Shown: positions 48,364-57,300 of the stretch, one piece after another
Numbering within the stretch: position 1 is the stretch's first letter
Layout of the letters: each line of letters opens with the position of its first letter
Assembly: GCA_054600435.1 (NCBI GenBank)
Contig: BAAIJX010000039.1
Location: 124,001 to 188,000, forward strand
Source of the DNA: Neophaeotheca triangularis
Lineage: Eukaryota
Length of the DNA stretch: 64,000 nt
Reading direction: 5' to 3'
Made by a program: the position numbers and the translations under genes
The notes under the pieces: model-generated
What the model saw: the letters and a program-made list of their open reading frames with translations, nothing else
Databases searched by the model: none
Told to the model about the DNA's origin: nothing

Positions 48364-49416
48364 ATGCCCACCCACGACACCACCCACGTCCTAGACGACT
48401 ACTACCTAGCCATAACCCTCCTAGTAACCGTCGCCTACCAACTAACCGGCTTCACAATCGCCTTCACCCTCAAGTTCGACAAAATCACCGACTTCATGGG
48501 CGGCAGCAACTTTGTCCTCCTAGGCATCCTCACCCTCGCCCTAAGCGGCACAACCCACGCCCGCCAAATCATAACCTCGCTCATGCTCATCCTCTGGGCC
48601 GCCCGCCTCGCCGGCTTCCTCCTCTTCCGCATCCTCAAAACCGGCAAAGACGACCGCTTCGACGACAAACGCGACAAATTCCTCCCCTTCCTCGGCTTCT
48701 GGCTCTTCCAAATGCTCTGGGTCTGGACCGTCTCCCTACCCGTGACCCTGCTAAACTCGCCCAACACGCGCCAATACCCCCAACCCGCCTTCGGCAAAGC
48801 GACCGACATCGTCGCCATCATCATCTGGGCGCTGGCGCTCGGGCTCGAAGCCCTCTCGGACGTGCAAAAATACCGCTTCAAGCAAACAGCGGCGGGCAAA
48901 GCCCCCGGCGCCATCTGCGACGTCGGCTGCTTCCGCTGGTCGCGCCACCCAAACTACTTTGGCGAAATCCTGACCCAAGTGAGCATCTACATCATCGCGA
49001 TAACGCCCGCGGCGTACGGCGCGCTCCCGGCCGACAGCGGCATTTACGCCGCCCTCTTCGCCAGCTGCGTCGGCTTCCTCTTCCTCTCCACGCTGCTGCT
49101 GTTCGTCTCGGGGCTGCCGTTGCAGGAACGCCCCGGCGCCAAGAAACGCTACGAGAACGGCAACAATTGGCCCGCGTACAGGCAGTGGTTGCAGGAGACG
49201 AGCATCCTGATTCCCATGCCCAAGGCCGTGTGGAAGCGGTTGCCGGTGCTGGTCAAGCGGACTGTCGGGTGCGAGTGGCCCATGTATGTCTTTGACCCAG
49301 AGAAGCATGCCGATCAGAGCAAGGTTTCCGAGAGGGAGGCTGAGCAGGGGAGTCATGGTGGTAGTGGGCAGCAGGGAAATGAGGGTCAGAGGCAGAGTGA
49401 GGAGCCTTTGAGGTGA
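48364..49416 (+). CDS. DUF1295 (steroid 5-alpha-reductase-like) membrane protein
   Basis: FDKITDFMGGSNF, FLLFRILKTGKDDRFD, SDVQKYRFK, WSRHPNYFGEI and SGLPLQE. Confidence 0.9.
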   Translation: MPTHDTTHVLDDYYLAITLLVTVAYQLTGFTIAFTLKFDKITDFMGGSNFVLLGILTLALSGTTHARQIITSLMLILWAARLAGFLLFRILKTGKDDRFDDKRDKFLPFLGFWLFQMLWVWTVSLPVTLLNSPNTRQYPQPAFGKATDIVAIIIWALALGLEALSDVQKYRFKQTAAGKAPGAICDVGCFRWSRHPNYFGEILTQVSIYIIAITPAAYGALPADSGIYAALFASCVGFLFLSTLLLFVSGLPLQERPGAKKRYENGNNWPAYRQWLQETSILIPMPKAVWKRLPVLVKRTVGCEWPMYVFDPEKHADQSKVSEREAEQGSHGGSGQQGNEGQRQSEEPLR

Positions 49417-49899
49417 AGGAGGTTGTAATTGTATTGGAATTGGAAATGGTGGTCTATATGGCTTTTGGGTTGCGTTCTGAGCGTAGATTTCTTGATTCCG
49501 TGTTACCATAGAAAGACTTGTTGAATTTTGGGATACCCGACTGCATGAATTTACCTGCACTGTCCTCGGCTCGAATACTCTCCGCCATCACGCCCGAATG
49601 CATAAATATCTTGCAATGACTATACACGATCTGATATGTAGACTGATTTCCAAATAATTCTCTAGATTCGTGCAGGTCGGCATAATGTTATAGTACGACG
49701 GTCTGACGGTCGAATAGAAAGCACTCCGAAAAACTGCGCCCCGATTCCAGCCAAACCATTGCCCCATTCACCAAGTCTCCCATCCCATGCCAACGCGAGT
49801 ATTATACAGCCATAGCACCCTCACATACAACGCCAGCCGCCCTCCTGGGTAGAACGCCTCTTTTCAATCTCTCACCCACCCAGTCCATTAGCAACCCTA

Positions 49900-51210
49900 C
49901 TAATCCCTATCCTTCCTATGCCTCAGACTTCCAATCCTCCTCTTCAAACCCGCCTTCAAGCTGCCACTCCTGCCAATCCCACCGGCCGACGAGTTGGGCA
50001 AATCGCGATCATTGGCGTGCTGCAAATCCGCGTAAGCACCGTCGTCTCCCGCAATCTCCACCGGGTCGCGAGCATCCAGTTTCCCCTTTTGGCCAGCTTC
50101 GCGGTGTTCCTTTTTCAGGTGCGAGCGGTCTTGCAACTCCATCTCGCCGGAGTCGGAGATCTTGTGGGCTTGGAGGGCTTTGTCGAGGGAGTAAGCGGGC
50201 TCGCCTTTGCCGGCTAGGTCATCTTGATCATAGTCCTAGAGAAGTAAAGGCATTAGTACGCTGGCGTGAGGGAGTGGGGGAGGGCGTGAGAATTGTAGCT
50301 TACCGTGCCTGGCCACCGCTTGTACCCAGCATTGGTCGTGGCGCCCTCACGCATCATGTCCGTACCCTCTTCGTAATCGTACACGCGCCCGAACTGGTCT
50401 GGCTGGCCAGGCGGCACGTCGGCGACGTGGTCAAGCGGCTTGTGGCCCTTGATGGCATCCTTAATGACCTCCTTGGGCGTCGCGTTGATGGCCTCCTGGT
50501 TGCTGCTCTCAACGGCAGCCAGCGGCGCGCTCTTGTAGCTCGTGTTCCTCGCCAGCAGTGCGGCATCGAATGGTCCCTCGTGGTGGTAGGCTGCGCCTCC
50601 AATGGCTGGGTCGAGACGGTCGATCATGTCAGCACCGGGCTGGTGCTGCTTCCTGAGGTGCGGCGAGCGGTGCGCCTTCTTGCTGTCCCGTCTAAGGATC
50701 TCGAGGGGCTGGTTGCTCATGTCGCCTGGGTGACGTTCCTTCAGCGAGCTGCTACGGCGGGAGCGGTTAGCTCCTCCTGCTGTGTCGGAGCCGGCACGGC
50801 TGTGGCGGGCGAGGTCTCCAGAACGACGTTGGTCACCGCTGCGACGGCGGGTGGGGTCCATGCCTCCGAAAGCCTCGTCGCGGTAGGATGGGAAGGGAGC
50901 GCTGGGGCTGCCGGATTTGGGGTTGCTGGCTTTGCGCGGAGGGTGGCCTTGGCCGGTAGAGGATTCACGGAAAGGGTTGTTGGTGCTCAGCGAGGAGCGT
51001 CCGGTGTCGTTTTTGCTGGCGGGTGGATTGGCTGGAGCGAAGGTGCTGCCGAAGTGAGAGCCCGGGCCAGTGTCTTCGGAAGGGTCCGTCTCGGTCATTG
51101 GATCGATCAGGACGGCGGCAGCCTGGGGGGAGGAGTCAGTAGTTGTCCCATGCGAAGCACATGATTCAGAGACATGGACTTACGTCTTTGGACGACACTG
51201 GCTGAGCCAT
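49900..51210 (-). CDS. PAL1: Pal1 cell morphology protein
   Basis: Exons 51184-51210, 50304-51122 and 49900-50235. NNPF motif, DMIDRLD...YHHEGPFDAALLARN..APLAAV, and GYKRWPG|DYDQDDLAGKGEPAYS. Confidence 0.88.
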
Positions 51211-51745
51211 GATGAGTGACTGTGACGGTGATGTTGTTGCTGTTGTTGTTGTTTCGGCACAATATGGCAGGTCGAGGGTTGAAGGAAGAGGAAGAGGAGG
51301 CAGAGTCGGGGGTTGTGGTTGTTGTTGTTGTAGTAGTCTACTAAGTAAGTCACTCGCACTTGGGCCCAAGGAAAGCTGAGCAAAAGTCAACGCGGCTCGC
51401 CGGGATGAGGTCGACGTCGCACGCAAGCAAAGCAAGCACGACACCCCGATTTGGACGAATGGACCTGACACCTGCTCCACATCGAATCCACACCACCACG
51501 TCATTCGAGGTGTCTTATCGTCTTATCGCCTTATCGTTGGCCGCACGAGACAATCTCTTATCTGAGACACGCGTTCCAAGAGTGAGATCTCCATTGCCAA
51601 GACGTCATTACTCCTGTCAATAATTACCTGAAATAATAAGGTAACTTACCCGACATTCATGGATGACTTGAGGTATCTACACACAAAGACGTACATCACG
51701 TACATCACGTGCATATTATCAGATATATCTCACGGTACACTCGCC

Positions 51746-52897
51746 ATGGCGTTAGTCGACTACTCAGACTCGTCGGAAAGCGAACATGAGAAAGAAGAGG
51801 AAGGAGATTCAAAGGCTGTTCTGCCTCCCAGCAAGAAACGCAAAACCTCAAGCTCCGAGGTGCCTCTGGATGTTGAGGAAGACAATAATGTCGTCAAAGA
51901 CACCCCCATCTCGTCCATGCCACCACTACCTGCCGCCTTTCTAAACATGTATTCATCGACGGTGAGGAAGAGTGGCGGCGACGACCCATCCATGCATCAA
52001 GGAAGAAAACGAACAATCCCACACATCGAAGGCGCCTGGCCCACCCACATCTTCCTGGACTGTAGGTCTAAATATTGAAGCTCTTTCTCATCGTCTCTCC
52101 TGTAGCTCAAGCACAAAAACAATCGTACTGATGTGACAAAAGGGCACCCAACCCCACAAGAATCAGAATCCCTAACAGAAATCATCACTCAACAAATCAA
52201 ACTCAAAGAATCCGGACTGGCCACCACCACCACCACCACCATCAACCCCCAAGACCCCAAACAAAAAGTCCACAGCTTCCTAACCAACCATCTCGGCGTT
52301 TCCCAACCCCTCCACATCTCCCTCTCACGCTCCCTGACCCTACAAACCGAGCAACGCGCCCCCTTCATCACATCCCTCAAAACCGCCATCCAGCAAACCC
52401 CCGTCAATCCCTTTGTCTGCGTAGGCACAAAACTCAAATGGTTCCCCAACGACGATCGCTCGCGCTGGTTCTACGTCATGGGCGTCGAGGCCGTAGAGCC
52501 GAGGGGTGATGAGTTACGGCTGTTGCTGAGGGCTTGCAACGCCGTTTGCGAGCGTTTTGGGCTTAGGGGGTTGGGGGATAAGTTTCATGTCAGTGTTGCT
52601 TGGAGTTTGAGTGGGATTGGAGAGGGCGAGGAGACGGTGGGGTCGATTTTTGAAGAAAAGGGGAAGGGTGTTGGTGACGACGATGGAAAAGCACGTGGAC
52701 TTGCAACCAAAGGGGAGAATGAGGGAGCTAGAGGAGGAAAAGCTGGCGGTGATGGTGGCGATGATGGATCCGGCGGAGTATCGCTCAAGGGGATTAGAAT
52801 TGCCTTTTCCGAAGTCAAGGTGCGAATTGGGCAGGACGTGCATTGTTTGCCATTGGGGCAGGGAAAGACGATCACGCAGAGGAGCTTATTTGGCTAA
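51746..52897 (+). CDS. USB1: U6 snRNA phosphodiesterase Usb1
   Basis: MALVDYSDS, HQGRKRTIPHIEGAWPTHIFLD|WHP, and two HxS motifs (LHISLS, FHVSVAW). Intron 52062-52142. Confidence 0.92.
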
Positions 52898-53296
52898 GCG
52901 TTCAGGGTGGGCAATCGCACTTCCAGTCAGTGTCACGAGCTGAGGCATACCTTACTGAAGGCAAGCGATCTACTGCACCAACCAAACGCATTATCAAACG
53001 CGTATCGAAGAAGACTTGTGGTAGCAAAAGCAAAAACAGGTTTCATAGCTCACACCGTAAACCAAGCCATAAACAATACCCAAAACCAAATGAACCTTGA
53101 AACCTCAAAAAACCACACCTATTCCCACAAAAGACCGTCGCATCGTTCACAAGGAGAAGAAAAACCAGGAAAAGAAGCATCCAACACACCACCCAAAATC
53201 AAACCCCACCCATACTCCACACCCGCAGTCAAAACAAAAGCCCCGAAAAACCAGACCCGCGAGCATAAACAAATACCACGACCGAACCCCACAACC

Positions 53297-53920
53297 TCAA
53301 TCGCACCTTTCCTTCCTCCCCGCCCCCACCCCAACACCACCCTCGTCCCCAAACCCCAAACTCCCAGCCCCAACACCCTTCACCCCCTCACCAGCCCAAA
53401 CACACTCAACCGCAACCCCCGTTTCCAAATCCAAATCATCAGGCTCCGGAATCGGCGGCAACGGCCTCGGCGGCCTCGGCTCCCACGGCCCCGGCGTTCC
53501 AGGTCCACCACCCGATGACAATCCCGCGCTCTCCATCAAAGCACCGCTCGGCCATTGCCGTGGACCCTCCTCCTCCTCTTCCTGCGGCGGCGACGGCGAA
53601 GGCGGCGAAGGCGTCCTAGGCGGCGGGCACGGAAGCGGTAGAGGTCCCAGAGGCCCGGGCTCGGGGTAGGGGTTTGGGTAGGGGCGGGTGGGGTCCGGGT
53701 GGGGGTCGGGACGGGGATCTGGGCGGGGGACGCGCGGGGACGGGGGTGGGGTGGTGGTGTTGGCGGTGGTTGGTTGGTTGGAGTATTGGGTCGTGAGGTT
53801 GTGGGAGTTGATTGGACCGAAGGGTTTCTCGGGGTGGGCTTTTGGGTCGCGGTGGTGGGGGTGGTTTTGAGTCCGGATTGGAGCGGCCATGGTTGCGCTT
53901 TGGCTTGAGGACGGAGGCAT
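53297..53920 (-). CDS. Possible proline-rich hypothetical protein
   Basis: ATG-initiated 207-aa low-complexity ORF with (PDP/PRP)n repeats and no recognisable domain. Confidence 0.3.
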   Translation of the reverse strand: MPPSSSQSATMAAPIRTQNHPHHRDPKAHPEKPFGPINSHNLTTQYSNQPTTANTTTPPPSPRVPRPDPRPDPHPDPTRPYPNPYPEPGPLGPLPLPCPPPRTPSPPSPSPPQEEEEEGPRQWPSGALMESAGLSSGGGPGTPGPWEPRPPRPLPPIPEPDDLDLETGVAVECVWAGEGVKGVGAGSLGFGDEGGVGVGAGRKERCD

Positions 53921-54385
53921 TGCTGATATCGGCGTCGGTTAAGAGTCGTTTTGTCGTTTTGTCGTTTTGTCGGTGGGTCGTATACGTTTGACAGAGGTTG
54001 ATTAGGGCGGGTTTGAAAATCGTTTTTGGTTGGTAGAAAAGATGATTGGAAGGATTTGAAGAGGGTTGGATTATGAGAAGCAGGAAAGAAGTAGAGCATG
54101 CCGTATATATACCCCCCTTACCTTCTTCGACATTGACGGGGAAGAGAGATGTTCAAATTGACGAATGTATTCTACTATATCAGCTAAACTACTCCAAACG
54201 TTTACCTATGCTGGAGCTATCAGTTACGTTTAGGCTAGTTTGCTTTCATGTCAGTAGTCGTGGTCGTAGTCATGAACACCTAGTATTTCCAGCGCTTTGG
54301 GTGCTTTTGTTTGACGATATTTCGACGCGCAAATAAGCTGTTGCGAAACCGGATTGCCACTTGCCCCTATCGTCGTTTGATCAAG

Positions 54386-57300
54386 CTATGCCAGCTCGTC
54401 TTCGCTACCTTCGACGTCCTTGACAGGCGTACTAGCATTCTTGCCATTCCTTACGGTCTTGACGTTAGAATGCCGGCGGGGCAACGGTGCCTCACGAGTG
54501 TTTAGCGTAGACTTTCTTCGATTGGGTTGCTTTGCCTTCTTGATTCCTGGGGCGGATGCCGGAGTCTTTACTTTGGGATTACTTGCCGAGGCTGGCGTAG
54601 TCTTCTTTCCTTTTTGTGACGCGCTGGCTCTTGCGTTTGCGGAGGTCGTCTCTTGCACAGATGGCTCGTCTTGCTGCGTTCTCGAACCGTCGACTTTTGC
54701 AGGAATCTCGTCTGGAGTCGAGCCATTGCTGGACGAGGGGGCTCTACTGGTGTCGATAGCAGGTTCCGAAACGTCTGTTGCTTCCTCGCGTTCTTTAGGG
54801 GATGAAGCGATCATTCTGGGAACCATGGGAGCGTTCCCGCGCCGCAATAGTGCCACTTCTTCCAAATTATCGATGGACACACTGGCATCTTCGTTCGTTC
54901 GCGAGCTCGACTGCTCAGCCGCAGAGGTCGAAATTGCTGGATGCGATGGAGTTTCTGGAACTGCGTTGGACGACGCACGCTCTCGGCGCTTTGAAGAGCC
55001 GATTAGTTCGTGCTTCTCCGGACTCAACATCGGGGCACCTTGCGCCTCGCCCTGCCCTTTCTTGGCCAATAAGTTGCCTTCCACTGTTGGATGAACAGGC
55101 TCCATCACAATGTCCCAAGCATCAGAAGGTGCAGTGGCCAGGAGTCCTTCGTCCAGCGAGCGCGGACAAGGCGTTCCACGGTCGGGAGCAGCGCTAGGAT
55201 CAGCAGAATTACTCTCATCCACAGTCCCACTAGCAGGATCAGCAACCTGTGCGTGCTTTGCGGGAACCGTAGCTGGAGAAGCGGTAGGCCTGGAGTAGCT
55301 CTCCAACAAGTCAAGGGTAGCCTTGCTCGGTGTCATTCTGGCATTGGCTTGATATTGCACCAGTCGACGCTTCGATGTGTTACCAGCGTGTCCCCCGTAA
55401 GTTCTTGGAGCCAAGCTGCACTCGTTGCCACCTCTGAAGCAAGACGTGCATGGTTTTCGACCATCGCAGTGTACATCGGCAGTGGTGCAAGAGTTGCAAG
55501 GTTTGACTCCGTGCTTTGAGTAGAAGGGAGGGCTCGACGACGAAGTATCGGCATTTGGAAGGTTGGTTGGATTGCTTTTGGAAGCTTGATCGTATTGATT
55601 GCTGGTGAGTACTATGCTCCCCTGCATGGGCGATGATGTAGTAGGGTCCCGATACACATCGGAAGTAGGCTGGGCTGCACTTGGTCTTGGAGACCCAGCT
55701 TGAACAGCAGAGTCGAGCTGTGGCATGTGGCTACTCCCAGTTGTGGAGATGAGACTGGGATCGTAGGCATCGAGCCCGTCAGAACCGGCGCCGGAAAGAC
55801 GTATATCGCTGCCTGTGGTAGCCCTAGCGGCATCTCCGAGAGTCAAATCTCCATTTGCAAGCCGCTGGTCTTCAACGCAAACGTGACAGTGCCAGGCATC
55901 GTCGGACTGCAGCGCCGACTCAGGAATTGGAGGCGCGTGGCAATCTGCATGAAAGCAACGGTTGCATCCGTCACAGCAGACCACTTCACCACCACCGTTG
56001 CAAGCAGAGCAAAAGTCGTCATGCGAGTCCTTTGCCCCTTGTTCTTGTAAGTCCTGGAACCCTTGGGGTATGGCGCTCTCATCAGAGGGAACACTGCGCG
56101 AGAACGTCCACTTGATAGGCATGCTGTCGGCTACCTGGACGAAGAGAGTCTTGTGCCGAAGTTGATTACGCAAAGTACTCTTCAAGCTCAGCTCCCGGGT
56201 GTAGTCGCTATACTCCTTGCGGAAGTACTCAAGGTTTGCCTGCATCCACTTGGTCATTTGAGCTACTGTCATTATTTGGTCTTCTGCCGAGCTCAGAGCC
56301 ATAATGATGAGGTCGCTCCAGCCGTGCCCGACCTCTTTCTGGGGGGAGTTTTCCATCATCACATTTGCTGTCTCATTGTGGACCTGCATATGATGCCCAT
56401 CGGAGCTGCGCCTGGGCCGTCTAAGCTTGCCGGCCACAGTGGGCACTGGATGCGGTGTTTGGTCACTGGGTTCGGCATCTAGGTCGCGTCTGTGTGAATT
56501 TTCTTGGCCGGATCCATTGATCGAAGCTTCTTGCGACGCTGGCCTGAACATAGGTGCTGGCGGTGGTGGAGCGAAGTATGGATGGCCTTGCGCAGTCGAT
56601 TTAGCGGGCGTAGCAAAGGCGGTTGCATGCCGTGCATGGCTGGGTGAATTGTGCCCTACTGCTGGCCCACCAAAAAGTGATCCATCGCTTCCTTCATCCA
56701 CTGCCTGGGTAGCGGCATTGGGTGTAGTTTCAACCGCTTCCATGTCAACACCCTTCGCGGGTGGATTTGGGTGCAGCGTCTTGTAGGCTAGCATCTGCCT
56801 GAGCGCGGGTGCAGGGACATCCTGATGCTCTCCATCACGCTTCTTGCCAAGAACGGTAGCGTAGCGCTGCTGTAATGCATTTGCGCTTCTAGTTGGGAAG
56901 TATCGAGCAATGATATCCCAGGATAGTTGACGCTCATCCCTAAGCTCGACAAGCATGCTGTCTTCCTCTTCACTGTAAAACTTGCTTGCCGAAGCTGTGC
57001 TACCAGGAGTGAAATCTGCAGGGGGGAGGCGCAGATTCGCCGGGAGTGGTGTCGCTACCTCTGTAGGTATTCCGGTCTCTCCTTCGGGACCCGCCAAGGC
57101 ATGCGAAGCTCTAGTGGGTGGCTTGGGTTTTGTGCTCTCTGGGCGCAGGATTTGGTACCTGTTTCTGACACCATCAAAGGTTCTGCCGCGCATGGCCCTG
57201 GCAACTTGGGGCCAAGTTGCCTTTTTAACCTCCCTCATCCAGATGAGAGCCTCGTCCTCAGCTGAGGTGTATCTTCTGCTTGATTTGGCAGCGCCAGGCG

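Noticed and set aside
48751..49560. 269-aa antisense ORF over the DUF1295 gene; similar long antisense ORFs at 50274-51164, 22155-22862 and 22694-23413
   Set aside because: Shadow ORFs expected from GC-rich codon bias on the opposite strand; no recognisable motifs.
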